A stretch of DNA of 64,000 nucleotides from Octopus vulgaris (GCA_951406725.2 OX597832.1:69626001-69690000), one strand, 5' to 3'. Shown: positions 12,777-28,428, counted from the stretch's first letter. A program made the numbers and translations. Notes: generated by a model from the sequence alone, not told the origin.

Positions 12777-14150
12777 CATACACACATGCATGCGTACATG
12801 CATATATATATATATATATAATTATATATATATATATATATATATATAAATACACACACATATATATACTGCTATGTACAGATATACACACATGAATACA
12901 CACACATACACACACATGCACACACACACAAACACCTACACACGTGCATACAACTTATTTTCTCACTTCTTGAGTTATATTCAGCACAACTCTACAACCT
13001 CATCGCCTTGCCCCTTGCTCTCTAAAAAATTCTCAATTCAATTATGTGATGGCGTAAAGAAGATGTATGCATCTCAACCGCTACCTTTTAGTTGCTAAAA
13101 TATATAAATACATAGAGAGATAGCAGAAATAAATTTTGACTCCATCTTGTTACGTTTAGAAAATAATCAATACAGCACTTCACATATGTACATATATATA
13201 TATATATATATATTTTCATACATACATAAATACGTGTGTGTGTAGATGTCTGCACGTATAGCTGTGTGAATTTATGCATTTATTCAGCACAAAATATTAT
13301 GCAGCTATGTTTCATTGACTCGAATCTTGTCTTGTATAACCCTCGTTCAGTGAGTGAACAGCATTTTTTCTTTTTTTTTTTTTTTTGGAAAACGAAGGCA
13401 GAAAATAAATAAAGAAATAAAGAAAGAAATAGGAAAAGGGAAAAGAAAGAGGTAAACAGAAGAGAAAGATTGAAGCAAGCGTATTCAAAGTCCAATAACT
13501 CTAGATGAAAACCGGATGTTGTTTCAACTGATTCCTCGTGATATTATGGCGTAGAATTTTTTCTGACTTATCAATGCATTTATGAATCCATATATTAATG
13601 CATGCATGCCTGCATTATACACGCATGTGTACACACGCACACACTCACTCACATAAGTATGTATGTGTGTCTATGCCTACATAAACAGAAGTGTATATAT
13701 GTATATATAGACATATATACACACATATATCTATATGAGATATTTTTATGTGTTTCTTTACAAAATGTTTAAAAGTTTTTAATATACACAAGTATATCTT
13801 TCATCAAAAGATACAAACAAAACATAGTGATAATAAAATTATATAAAAAGTGCAAAATGGCAGCTGAAAATAAGGCAAATAAAAGCTGAGAGTATGAAAG
13901 ACGCAATGTTATAAATATACATACATTTATAGGTTTATACGCGCGCACACACCCACACAAACACATATGTATGCATTTATATATATATATATAAATATAT
14001 ATACATATCCACACATATATACATGAATGTTTGTAAGTATATGTTTTAAAGTGTACATATATGTATGCATGTATTTATATATATATGTGTGCGTGTTTGT
14101 GTGCGTGTGATGTGTGTGTGTGTGTGATTTATAATGTATATATGTATATG

Positions 14151-14201
<51 letters not shown>

Positions 14202-14407
14202 TATTATATAATATGAATATATGCATAACATAGATTAATACACACAGATGTATTATATATTTTATCTAACGCATATAAAAGATATAATATAAACATTGCG
14301 TATTTATATATAAATATGTGTGTATGTGTGTGTGTGGTTTTTTTGTGTATTTCCATACATATATAAATATATATACATATACATATGCAAGTATATGCGT
14401 ATATATG

Positions 14408-14441
<34 letters not shown>

Positions 14442-15415
14442 TATATATATGTGTGTGTGTATATATATACGCAGTTTATATTTTGTAACCGAGTGTGTGA
14501 GTGTGTGATTCATTATCTTTGTGGGGCTTTATGTAAAGCATAAAGTGCTCAATACACACCTGTGCTAGAAATTTGCAGAGATTTCAGACTCACTAATAAT
14601 GAATACAGTAGACAAACTCCAATAGCAAAAAGAAAAAAAATATGTATAACAATATAATTATGGTTTTCAGTGCAGAATTTTCTAAGTGTATTCAGTAACA
14701 AACCTATACGTATGTATATGTGTTTGTATGTATTTGTGTGTGCTTGTGTGTTTGTGTGTTTCTTTGTTTGCGTATTCGTTTGTTGATGTCTATACACATA
14801 CACACAAACATACTTGTCATATACGTAAGCATATGTAGTTGTAATCATGTGTCTATACATTTTTATTTTTCTATATACCTATCTATCTCCCTCTGTCTCT
14901 ATTTCTATATGTGACTGTATAAATGTATATGTATGCATGTCTGTAAGAATACGTATATATGTATCAATGATTGAATAATCTTCGTTGTACGCACGAATCG
15001 CCTTGAAATTCTCGTCTCAGAATTTGTTAGGGGAGAGCCGTTAGATAACATTAAATTAACCCCGTCACCTGCACACAATCTTGGATACATTGTCTTATGT
15101 TGCAAAATCGGCCTCTAGTCTGATCTTTATTTCGATTTTCATCCAGATCGATAATTAATTCTTACTTCGTTACAGTGTTTCCGAAATAACAGTAAAATTA
15201 ATAAAAGACGCTGGAAAACAAACCCAAATATTAACGCGTTTATAAGTAATCTCTCAATAAAGTATGAGGATCAAACTCAGATACAAACATAAAGAAGTAA
15301 AAAGATATTGACGCGATCGGTAAGGGCTTGCATACAACCATGATAAAACTTCGAATATTATAGGCGCAAGATAAATGGAGTAGAAATTACGAAAAAGGAA
15401 AATAATATATATATA

Positions 15416-15472
<57 letters not shown>

Positions 15473-18400
15473 ACATATATGTGTGTGTAGTGTCTATCGA
15501 TATATATATGATATACATAGCACAGGCACACGCACACAAACACATACATACATGCTCCCTCATATTCAGGTATATAGAAATGCACAAAAACCATCCGGGC
15601 TCTATATCTCTCCTGGTATATATTAAACGCGGAATATGTACTTTATTTTATCTTCTCTGAAATATTTATGTGAGCAAAAGTGAAAGTTGCGATTCCACTA
15701 TTAGTGAAGATGTCTCCCAAAGACTTTTTGATCGTTATTCCCAAGCAAGCATGAAAATAGTTTAGTCCGGAATCAAGGCTTAATTTCTTATGAAGATGAA
15801 ATTTCTGTTTTGTGTGGAGTTTTGCATCATCAGATTTCACTATTAATGTAGCTTTTATGTATTACACACACACATACGTATGGCTGTCTAAGATTCTGTC
15901 AGAAAACACAGGCACACATATTCTTGTCAACTGAGTGAGTATGTTAATATTTATACAATAGATTATAAATTTGGGTGTAGGTAAATAATACGTTTTCATC
16001 ATGTTTCACGCGTAGTTTTGCTTTCCGGGATACGGAATAACCGAAGCATTAATTAAAACAAATCATTAACCAGAGCTCAATGTGCAAGACACAATCATAA
16101 ATCGGTAGACATTTTATATTGAAACAATTGTAAAATCTCGTTGTGTATGAAAAGAGAATGCCAAACATGCTTGTGATTCGATAAACTAATATAATTTAGA
16201 AATTCAGTTGGAATCATGAATGCTGTTGCGATAATACTTACAATGCTCATACGAGTACCACAATTCCTTGTCGATTGATCATGCGTCAGCAACAAGAAGT
16301 CATTGCAGCCCATTATAAAAGAAAACTGAAAACTAAATCACGCATGAACATAACAAATGATATCAAAATTTTGTTTGGATAGGTGGAAGCTCGATTGCCG
16401 ATATGAATCCGCATTTTTACGCATGATGTCAAACTTTATGAGATCTACATTTAAATTTGCTTACAAAAGTACAAATATATCTTTTACATTTTTGTTCAGA
16501 AGGAGTTTCCAAAGACATTTGTGCTTTATAAAAACACCAAGTTCATCGATACATGTCATAGATGGCTCGTGAGACACAGTATTTGAAATTCATTTAATCT
16601 CCTTAGTGACACACACCCACTTCACTGGATATTCTAAGCTATATAAGAACTATAAATATACACATCACGCTGTTTCTAGTGAGTCCATTGATTTCATACA
16701 AACCGAATCATTTTTAGCTCAAATCAGTGCCTTCCTGTTTTTCCCTTTTCGATTTTTATAAAACAAAGAATGTTATTCACCTTGGTTCAGAACTTCTGGA
16801 CGTGTTCCTCCCTGCGGAGATCAGGTGAAGTCAAAGCACGGTATCTAGTGATCTAATCACAACATTCTAAGTGACCTCTGTGTCATTCGAACACATACGT
16901 CGCTTTGTGTAGTTTCTCTAGTAATGTTCTGCATTTGTTTATGCCTTAAAAAATATTATACACACCATTATTTTATTTAAACGAGTTCATTCATTTAACA
17001 TTTTTTCTCATGAGGTATGAGTCCAGTAGGACTCCAGTGGGAAATATCTTTGTGTCACGTGTGTGACATACTAAGTCAGTGGCTCAGTCTACTAGAAATA
17101 GCAGTCGCATTTCACTTAAATCCTATTATGTCATGTTATATCATGGACTTTTAAATTTTTAATGGAGATGTGAAGGCAACGTCGCAACATACAGTGATTT
17201 CGATACTACTTTTAGGCATGAAATTGCAGTTGCTTAGCACTGAATGGACAATAACCGAATGCTGGTGCAGCTCTCTTTTCCTCCTGCACTTATATCTTCG
17301 AGGTGCTGCTGGGTCAAAGAGTGTCTGTATCTGCAGGCAGCTGCATAAGTATCTGAAACAATTGTCAAAAGCACGGTTCGTTTTCAATCCATATACACCC
17401 ACGGTTGACAGCTGGCTTTTATCACTTCGGTGTACCTCAGTTATTCGTAGTTAAAGGTTACAATCCATCAGATATGTTATGGGTACATATTAAAATCAAA
17501 GAGCATACACCAAATTTTTCCATTTGCTACAAGTAGCAACCAAATACAACCACAAAAGACAGTGATGAAATTTTGCATCGTCACTCAAACTGTTATAACT
17601 AGCAGTCAAACTAACCTTTTGAAACCGATCAGTAAGCATTTCTACGTGAATATTGCGCCCCTAAAATAGCAACAAGATCATTCTGATGAGCCAAAAAGGA
17701 ACTAAATGAAACCCGTATCACTAACGTCTCAGGTATTCTTTATATTGTCGTTGACTAACTAGACGTAACAGTGAAATCACCTTTACAAACCAGCAGGAGA
17801 GTGGTCGTTCGACAGGTAGAAACAAATAAAATCCTCATCATAAATCAATAAGCGCGCATCTGCAATAACAAGAAATATCCTCCAAGATCATACACCATCT
17901 TCAGAAGGGAAGACAGGGTGGAAGCGTTTTCCCAAATTCCCTTAAGACGGGATTGTCACAGGTTACTCAGAAATACCTTTCTCCTAAATTTGCCCTTGCT
18001 CTACTCAACTCAGGTGAACATGGAGTTGTGCAATAACATATATATTATACATACATGCATTTGGAACCATAAAACACATTTAGAGTATATTTCCATAAAA
18101 ATGCTTAGTATTCGCAACTAGGATATGAGGTTATAAAGTGCAAATCGAATGTGTGAGTCAACATCTGAAACAGGATATATACGTTTTATATCGTAGCAGA
18201 AGGCTGGTACAAGATCTTCTGGAACTCTCTTCTGGCGAGGTATAATGAATCCTCCCACAGCCAACAATCACATTAATTAGAATATAAAGGAGCCGATATC
18301 TGAAGGTTTTGTCTGGTTTTACTCGGATTTAGTTTTTGTAGACAATGTAGAGTAATTCCATGTTTCAGAGATAGCTCCGTTTGTTTTACTTTCATTAAGA

Positions 18401-18947
18401 TTAGTAGCATGAATTATATTTCCCGACCTACAGGTGAAATGATTTCTATTGATAAAAGTTTATCATGATTTAAACTCACAGGATACGTCATCGATAAGAA
18501 TAATTAAATTTTTGAGTTGCGATAATCATATTTTCTCTATTGGAAATTTGTTTAGGATATAAGCTACGGGATACTTTGGCGCAACAACATTTTTTCTAAA
18601 GATTTTGCTTGTCTTTTACTTTTGATACTTTTGAACGTTTCCTATGTTTTTTTTTAATTCTTGTGTGTTGTATAAATAATGGAATATTCTAATGGAAGAT
18701 ATTGCTCTTTCTGCATTTTTCAGTTGTGTATTGATATATAGATAGATTTCAAATGCCTAAGTATCTTTTGTCCTCTGTAATTCTTGAATGTCTGTTGATT
18801 TTACACGTTCTATTCCGTAATAAATAAACACTATTGGATACTGTTTCTCCTTTACTATTCTCTATAATTTTTTTTAGTCTAAAAATATTTATTACTAAGG
18901 TCGACCAGAATCAGAGTAGGAGAACTAACGGAATTACGACAGTTGAC

Positions 18948-20115
18948 TGTTGTGTGGACGCCCCCAAACGATGAAGTAGGCTAGCCCAATACGTAGATAT
19001 AGTGGGAGAAGCCTAGATGTCAGAAGAGTTGAGCACAGTTGAGTAGCAGTCAGCAGAGTCGAGAGTAGAGAAGAGTTGAGTAGAAGGCATCCGAACATGC
19101 CTCATAAAAGTGGCGACGAGGATTTCGTAGCTCACACAGCTACTGTGTAGTATTGCGATATATCAAAGACAAAAAAAAACATAGAAAAAGATGTTAGCAA
19201 TCAGAAATACCAAGGGATTGACGAACTTGAATGATTGCGAAACTCTGTGACTAATTGTATGATTCTGATGTTAATCAAACTCTCGAAGATAAAGTTTTTA
19301 ATACAAATTTAAGATCTCTTAAAGTTAAGAAAATTTACTCCACAATGTTTCGAGTTTCTGTAGATAAAATTATGCCTAACAGAATATTTGACATACAAAA
19401 GAGTGACATATCAATTGTACGAGTTAAATTTATTATAAACCAAGAAAACACAGAAACAAATTTTGTGATTTTGTAAACGCCTTTCTGTAATAAAATCTAC
19501 GACATAAAGGTTTTAGACCATACGCTAATTAAAAGGAATTCTGACTTATCTAAGAACTTAAAAACAAATATCACTGATTAGAACATAGCTACTATTATAA
19601 AAAGATGAAAAAAGAATTACCAGTATAAAAAATATCAGGAAGAAATACATCGCTTCGAATCAGGTACAACCGAGTAAGAGTAACACAGAAAGATAGTGTC
19701 TAAGACACTTTGATGCAAAATTAGAAACTTACACGAACTTCCTGTTATCCATGATGCTTGTGGTAACTCATCTTACGTGTGCATTAAACGATCACATGCT
19801 ATTGATTTAAGATTAAGTGTAATTGTTTGGTGTTAATTGTAATTTATACAGACTCAGAAATATATTTATATATTGTATGGAAACCTATTCTTAAAGAAAT
19901 AACATGTTCTGTAAGAGATAACATGCACCTATGAAACTATCCCTCGAAAACTTTACGTGAAATCACCCTTATTGTATCATTTGATGTATGAAATCTTTGT
20001 ACTACAATTTTATAAGAATATCGATTAGTAAAAATAGAACTGAGGGATGCCAATTTTTCTAATGAAATTTCCAAGTGTATAAAATGGTATAAAGATTCAT
20101 AAGTGAAGGGGGAAT
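18948..20115 (+). mobile_element. Decayed Ty3/Gypsy-type LTR retrotransposon
   Basis: TGTTGTG-starting LTR-like segment 18948-19109; PBS at 19111; RNase H C-terminal-like relic (F..RY.P.K.N...CL.) at about 19655-19710; integrase-like traces at about 19790-19970; purine tract aagtgaagggggaa at 20101-20114. Confidence 0.5.
19111..19123 (+). promoter_or_regulatory. Primer-binding site complementary to the 3' end of tRNA-Ser(GCT)
   Basis: TGGCGACGAGGAT is the reverse complement of ATCCTCGTCGCCA, the recalled metazoan tRNA-Ser(GCT) 3' end. Confidence 0.65.
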
Positions 20116-20139
20116 CATATTACAAAATAATTATTCACA

Positions 20140-20470
20140 GATAAGTATCTTGAAATGCAATTAGAATAAAAATTGCCCTAACTTACGCTAATATAGTCAG
20201 ACACTTTAGGGGTGGAATTATAAAATATTCCGCTATACAGATCGACATCAACATCCACAGCTATATATATGGCAATGACAAATAGAACTCCAATGATTGC
20301 TTCAATTTGTAGATAAACAGAAGCAATCAACTCAATAAATTCTAAACTTTAATGAATATTAATTAACAATATTGAATTCACAATGAAATATAACAAAAAA
20401 CCTGCTACATTTTAATCGTTAAAAACGATAGGAACATTGCAATCAACAACCACATAAGCGACCACATATC
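20140..20470 (+). mobile_element. Decayed Penelope-like RT fragment
   Basis: AIRIKIALTYANIV resembles AMGTKMAPTYANL; NNIEFTMKYNKK resembles the PLE 'IKFTME' motif. Confidence 0.5.
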
Positions 20471-21154
20471 AAAAGATACATCCACCGACATCTGTAAGAC
20501 AGTCAACATTGCAATTGAGGAATACAAAGTCACGCATCTAAACTAACCATTCAAAATTCTACATTTTCTGAAGACTATATAAAATATCAACACATATATT
20601 AAATATTAATATAATCTATTTAAATCATGTTTTAAAATATAAAAATATTGATAAATTAATAAGAGTATAAAATCACGTTAAAAAAATCTAAGTCATGTAA
20701 ACAAAACTCGGTAAATTAATTTGAGAGGAATCCTAATTAGATATATAGAAAGATAGAAATATTGCAATTATTAATTAGGAAAATAACTCAATTAGTTTAG
20801 AATGGCAACTTGACCTTTCTTATGAAGCAATACTGTGTATGTATGAAAGTTTCACATGCATATATGCATGAATGTGTATGTATGTGTGTGTGTATGTACA
20901 TATGTACGTATGTACATATGTATGTATGTACATATGTATGTATGCAAGTATGTATCTATGTATATATTTATCTAAATATGAATGAATGGAAGCACACACG
21001 TACGGGTATGTGTGTACGCAAATATGAATTTATGAATGTACACATATATTTATACATATATACGTAGTACGTATTTATGTCAGAAATGAGTGCATATATA
21101 CATATATATGTATGTATAAACACACAAATATATATATATATAGATAGCTACATC

Positions 21155-21193
<39 letters not shown>

Positions 21194-21497
21194 GTACGTA
21201 TATATATATACATGTATATATATATACACACAAATATACATATATATATATGAATCATGTGTGTGTGCGAGTGTACGCTTATATATACATTAATGTGGAC
21301 GTGCATCCATAAATACATACACAGACAAATAATACATAGATACATATAAATATATGTGTATATATATATATGTATATATATTTGCATATATATATATACA
21401 TGTGTGTGTGTGTGTGTGTGTGTGTATAAATATATGTATTTAGATTCATACATATATACTTATATAGAGAATAACCATCATCATCATCATCATCATC

Positions 21498-21593
<96 letters not shown>

Positions 21594-21947
21594 TCTTTGA
21601 CAATGAGAAAACATTAAACTTTGCCATTAAATCACTTGAGGATGCAAAAAGCCTTCAAGGTATTTCATTCATTTCTATTTTTTCTTTTCTTTTTGCTTCT
21701 TCAGCCCCACACCCAATAGAAAAATCCTCTTGCCAAGGGTTTTGTTTTAGAGCAAGGCATAATATGTTTTCTTTATAGCCGTAATTAATTCTCTCCTATG
21801 CTGTATGGTGTGTTATATAATTATTGATTTCTCTATAAACATGTTATTTTCAGGTGTAAAAACGCTAATTGCATAATGAAATTATGTTTAATATCGTGAA
21901 ATCACATGATGTACACACTTGGAATGAAGGGCCTTGAGCGAAATCTC

Positions 21948-21978
<31 letters not shown>

Positions 21979-23039
21979 GCATCATCACCATCATCATCAT
22001 CATTAATTTTGTCTTTATCGATTGTAAAATACGATTATATATTTTCTATTTTCTCACTTAATCTATTTCTATCATTGAAATATTTCTGTTTTCTTTGTTG
22101 TAATTCTTATCTTGTTGATTCACTAAAATGCTTTTTTTTTCTGGACGTGGGAAAGGAAAGCTTCCCCTGTGGTAGACTGTTAAAGAGAGAGAGGGGGAGA
22201 AAGAGAGAGAGAAAGAAGGGGAGTATGGGTAAGGGAAAAATGGGTATGAGGGTAAAAGATGTGAGAATGACAGAGATGTGTTACAAACATAACACGGAAG
22301 ATATACAATATGAAAGGAGAGAGAGAGAGAGAGAAAGAGAGAGAAAGAGTGTGTGTGTGAGTGAGACAATCACACAGACAAATAGAGGATGCAAAACATG
22401 CAAGTGTGTGTGTTAGAAAGAGAAAGAAAGAGAGAGAAGTGTGACACAAACGAGACATTGTGTATATTGTGTATAGGCAGAGAGAGAAAGTGAGAGAGAA
22501 TGAGAGAGAATGAGAGAGAGAGGGAAAAAGAGGTACAAATAATTTGCTGTTTTGAACTAAAGGATGATTATATTTCAAGTATATTTAAATTCTGAACCGA
22601 AATAATCACTACATGCAACTAATTTTTTTTTTTAGATTGAATTTTTTTTTTCAAAAGTAATAATGAAGATGTTTGACTTAGCACCGATGAAATTAACTTT
22701 TATTGATTGAAGCCTTTTTTCTAAACGAATGGCTTTGACTAGGTGAATCAAGATTGTGAAAATGGTAGACAACGGAAAGAAGTGAGTCTAGGATATATTT
22801 AAATATTTCCTATTTTGTACCGTGAAACAGTCATATTATACATTTTAAAATTCTAAAAAACAAAAAAGGGTTACATAGCGATTCACTTGTCGTATATTTA
22901 TAGTACTGTCTATTATGAAGTGCCGAAATAATTCATCGCAAAATTGCAACTTAGAGATTGAGACAATTCCACTATGTGATAGACACGAATGCTAAGAAAT
23001 AAATGAAAGCAGAATCTAACTGAATATATGTTTCTTTCT

Positions 23040-23385
23040 TTCTTTTTTTACTCATTTCAGTTGTTTGACTGCCGCCATGCTGGGGCGACGCCTTCAAGAA
23101 TTTTGGTCGAACGAATCAACCCCAGTACTTATTTTATAAAGCCTATTATTTATTCTATTGGTTACTTGTGCCTAACCACTAAGTTAAAGGAACGCAAACA
23201 AATGAACGGCGGATACCAAGGGGTTGTGGGGAACAAATGCAAAAGCACACACACATATATACGACGGTATTCTTTTAGCTTTTCGTCTTATATATCACGA
23301 GGCTTTGGTCAACCCGGGGCTATGGTAGAAGACACTTGCCCAAGGTGCCAAGCCGTGGGATTGAACCCGGGATCATGTAGTTATG
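23040..23385 (-). mobile_element. Degenerate SINE of the 1650-2003 family
   Basis: ggctttggtcaacccggggctatggtagaagacacttgcccaaggtgcc...gggattgaacccggg. Confidence 0.7.
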
Positions 23386-26300
23386 ACTAAAGTGATTCCT
23401 CCAGGATGTAATTACTGTAAAATTTTAGAGGAAAGTCTCATCATGTTTATCGAGTCACATTTATCTCGACATGTGATCAACAATATGGCCAACAGGTCTG
23501 CTAGAAAAAACAACAAAATCTCTCCCAAATCCCTTTCTGTCATCTTAAATATAGGATTGATTGTATACTAAATTCCGGGTTACACTTTACTTGAAAATAC
23601 GATGTGGCTGTAATGACTTTGGTTAAAGGTTTGCTCTTCCAGAGGCCAAACAACACCAAAAACAGAAACGACGATAGACAGAACAGTAAAACGACGCAAA
23701 AAAAAAATCAACGATTTAAAACATTGCAATCTTCTGCGGGGAAAGAACTGGGAATAATGTTTAGAGAGGGTCCAGTAAAAGGGTCACAAAATATAAGGGA
23801 CTAGAACAAAGGACATTGTAGAAGTTGTACAGGGTGCGACAACCCCGACCCACGATTCAGAAAGCTTGATAAACATTCCCGCAGCAAAGGCACAAATGTG
23901 GACCAATTCATACCATGATTGTAGGTGAAAAAGAAAACAAAACAATAAAACAGTACTTACACAAAAGCACCATTCCAATCTGCTCAACTTTACGAGCGAC
24001 ACACCAATATCCGTGTAAAACATAGGAAGTTTTTTGGTCACACTGTATAGAAAATCTAGAGATGTTATGCTTGAAGGTTAGAGGTTGGGGTGCGCTATGG
24101 AGTGATTTTATGCTAATTTATTGCCGGTTGATCTTATGCAAATAAGCTGATATCGATGTTAACAAATTCAGGAATTTTATTGTTCAGTGTCTGTTTATGG
24201 TCCATCTCTAAGCTATGATAACATTAATGAGATCAGAAAGTTTAATCATTGTCTCTCGACATTTTCGAAGCAACAGTTAAATCTTTCTCGATTCAACACT
24301 TTCGTTTTCACAAAAATAAGCAGAAAAGGAACATATTGGGTTTGATCCTAAATACATCATTTCTTAACTCAATAACTCTTCCTGGATCAGGCTTTACACG
24401 ATCCGTGAATCTTCTGGAAATCACAATTAAATCTTCCTAAAATATTAGCGCCCTGATTCATTTTAGGATACGAAAGGTACAGAAAGAATATAATCTCAAT
24501 AAAAGTATGGTGGTCCCGGATGGAATGCATGAGACAAATATAACTTCTCAATCGAGGTTGATTTGAAATTAAACATATCTAGCGTCAAAACAACATTTGG
24601 TCACTTTAAAAGTCTTTCTTTTTTTTAATTCGATGGATGAATTTTGAAGCAGACAAAGGAGATATTTGAATTGTAAATCTCAAAACCGAGAAGGACAAAG
24701 ATATCTGGTCTAATGGATTTAGTTGGGTGCTCTACTATATCTTTATGACAATAATTAAATATTTGTTTACTCAAGCAGACTGCCGACTGTTAAAAGCGGA
24801 GAAGGGAAATATTTCACATTTAACGCTACAAAAATTCGATTTGCGTGCTGGTGATTATTATGTTGATTGGATTTACGAATGAATGCCATACGTGTAAGAT
24901 TATTAAAGAATAAATTTGGAGCAAGGGTCATTATGAAAATTCATCGTTGTTGATATCGAATTGTTAAGAATACGTCTTTTGTGATCGAGTGTAAGTATGA
25001 TAGAAGGCGTTCTAGACGTGACCATTCCATAGATCCATAGTTTTCTATAGAAACAACTAGTGTGAGTTTAATAGAGATATGGCTTGCGTTCTCAGCCGTC
25101 CTTATATCGTTTAAAAGAGTCTAGAAGTCCGTCATTTTATCCCTATAGAAAACTGCAAGCTGGGAATTAGAGAAAATTTGACTGCTATTTCTAGTCATTG
25201 AGAGACTGATTGAGGATTGAATGGAACTGTGGTGTTCCGGGTGATACACAGCCAAGGGCACCAAGAAACTAATAAGATTATATTTTTCAAAATATACAAA
25301 ATATAAAGTGAAATTTCCTGTTTTATCTATTGGATAAAGAAGTATTGACTTCTATTTATTGGCCAAAATATATAAAGGGCTTTTTTAAAGTACATTTTAA
25401 AATTTAAACTCTAGTTAAACTGTACCATAACGTTTAAACTTACCTTAAGATAACCCATAGTATTAGACTTAAAGTGTGCTGTGATAAACAAAATTCACGG
25501 CCCACAGGAACCCTTGTTACTTCTGAGAATATAATTCCTATTGATGACTGGCCAGCCTCATACAGCCTGATGCTATCCAAGAGTTAACCTTGGAAATATT
25601 CGATTACAGTAAAATATTTTTTTACCAGTATCCATGTTCAAAGTCTATAGAACTGAAATGACATCCGCATGGTTGACTGAAAATCATAGTTGATCATACA
25701 AGGTATGTTCGACTGCGTGGCAAGGACTCACTCACAACCAGGACTACAATCACTACATATATTCCATAAAAAAACGTACTTTTACATCATTTCACGTCCT
25801 CTACACCACGCTGTTAGTTACTAAAATACTTCATCTAGCCAAGCCTATATGACAATTGTGTCTTCTTCCCTACCATATTATGAACTATGTGTCTTACTCG
25901 CCCTTCTCCACCATTCGGAAATGCAATTCTTTGTAATTCTATTTTGTTTTCAGTTGGTAACTTACAAAATTTTAAAACTGAACATCTGTTGCATCAATTT
26001 GAATAGGTCTGTGAAAAGCTACGAAATCCATTGGTTCAAGTCGGAGTCTTTCTAGGGCTATAGTATCTAATGTTTATTGAAGATGGCAGGCTGTAAATAG
26101 AGGCCGAAATTTAGCTGCTATTTCCAGCGGTAGGATGACAGTTTAGAGGACTGTTTGAGTCAATGTCCAATGGAGCAGGTTCTATTTCTTTTTGTATGTT
26201 CATCAATTCTAAACTGTTCCGCGAAGGAAAGAAGAGCAGATTCCCTAACCTTTTCTTTTTCGGTGTACCGAGATCCTGACAATGGTAGAAAGAAGGGAGC

Positions 26301-28169
26301 AAGATAGTCTCCTACGGCCATATACTAGGCCCGAATAATTGAAAAGCAGTAAGGGCCAAGTGTTGATAATAAATAGGGACTATGAATGAAGACAAACCCT
26401 CAAAAGTAACACTGTATTAATATAAAAGTAATCAGAGTCCTATATTCTACTCGTTGATGAAAACCGAACACGCGAAAAAAATTGCAACTCACCACCACCA
26501 CCACCACCACCACCACCACTCAGTTTATTAGATCAAATTTCTCAGTGTAACAATTAACTTCTTTAGAATTTCAATTTGAAATTGCATTTTTAACACATTA
26601 TTTAGAAGGTTTTTATCTTGCATATTTACACTCTCTTATCAAATAATCTATCCAATACATTAACGAGCGAAAGTACTCCCCACCATCACACACCACCGAA
26701 GAAAAAAAAAAGGAATTCGCATTCAAATAAATTTATTTGCTTGTTGTACGTTATATTATTTATATATTTGGTTCTAAACGAAAATCGGAGTTGCAAAAAG
26801 AAAAATATACAAGAAAAAAAACACAATCATAACCGTAATCTAAACCGTAATAAACAACTCAGTCATCTTTACAATCAACGACGCCACCTTCTACGCCACC
26901 ATGACAGACCACCACCACTACACAATGACAATAACAGGGCTGCCAGAAGCAACAGGTTTACCAACAGCAGTAATATCATACTCAACACTACGTCTACAAC
27001 ACAATCACTAACCACAGCACTACTACCTATACAGCTACCACTGACACAACCACTACCCAAACTAAACAGAAGCACTATCACTACCACTACTGATCATCAA
27101 GCGTACTATCAATGCCACAACAGTACCACCAACACTTAAACTAATATTGTAACTAACGCTAAACTACAACTACTATTAATACTGCTGCTGCTACTACTAC
27201 TACTACTTCTACTGCTGCTACTACTACTGCTACCACTACTTCTATCAGCAGCACGAACACCATCCTCATCATTAACATCATCATTACCAACCGATCGAAA
27301 TTAAAAGCAAATAATGAATTTTAAAAATGAATTTTTTCAGAATTTAGTTTAAAAAAGGAAAAAAGAATGAAAAAGAGATTATTGAAAATGTCAAATTTTT
27401 CCCTTTGGAATGTAATGACATTTCAGTTTGGTGGTTGGATAATAAGCTGAATTAGTAGCTTGGAATTGGAAGTAAAACGGAACTAAATGACAAAGACACT
27501 TTGCAAAATGCATTGCAGTAATTTGCATATGTTTTTGAGGGTTTTATATTTTTATCTTGTGTTCTCATTCCTTTATTTAGCAATTATTGTTTTGATATTA
27601 AATTCTTGCACGTCTTAAAGGATTCCTAGTACTGCTGAATAAATTAATCCTTCCTTCATTCATTTACAATACGACCTAGATTCTATTGGAATATCTTCTT
27701 AAGACACCACTTCTCATTGTTGCACGATTAATAGTTAGATTTCATTGATTGACTGGTGACCTTTCGTTAGACCTACAAAATGCTTTAATTGAGTTTAGCG
27801 ATTTTATTTTATTTCAGGTTTACCAGAATGGCCAATAAGTATGTTCTGCTATGACGTTTATGTATGTTTTCTTGTTTTTTTTAAATTTTATTTTGATAAG
27901 CAAACTTAAAAACAAGACTGGCTTAGTTGAACTTATGACACCTAGAGCAAATCAAATAATGGAATGAAATAGAAATGAGAAATAAAGAATCTCTGGTGAG
28001 AAGAGGAGGGGTGGTGATACAGTGTGTAAGGCTGGTATATCGATCGCAATGGAGCATTTGATTATGACCGCAACGCAAAGAAACAGATGATATTTTGAAA
28101 AATAATTTAGATAAAATGATTCTGAGAATTTAGGCTGACTTGTTTGCAATGTTTTGGTATCACAGAGTT

Positions 28170-28290
28170 TAAAGATTTGCCATTTAGAAAGAAATGGGTT
28201 CAGACCAACCAATTAGCGAGGGAGAAGTTATGCTATTTACACATTTTTGTCTCCCAAATATATTCTTCGACACATTTTCGAAGGAAATAC
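28170..28290 (+). mobile_element. Short RTE-type RT relic
   Basis: RNGFRPT...SQIY/LRHIFEG resembles QxGFRxxRSTxxQIxxLRxIxE. Confidence 0.35.
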
Positions 28291-28371
28291 TCCAAAGATT
28301 TAGATACTATACACAACACGCGCACATATACATATATAGCGTATTATATGTGATATACATTGTATATAATA

Positions 28372-28428
<57 letters not shown>

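Noticed and set aside
17683-17720. CTGATGA...GAAACCCGTA as a hammerhead; similar partial motifs at 35162 (+) and about 15830 (-)
   Set aside because: Helix I or II, or the GAAA box, is missing; compatible with chance.
23900-26400. Faint minus-strand LINE RT-like traces; also near 17300-17400 (RT-like), 37000-37600 (R4 N-terminus-like) and 53050-53160 (Tc1 N-terminus-like)
   Set aside because: Too degraded to support by eye; a profile search would be needed.
26618-27139. 173-aa ORF
   Set aside because: Low-complexity ACC/ACT-rich sequence with no recognisable domain or splice support.
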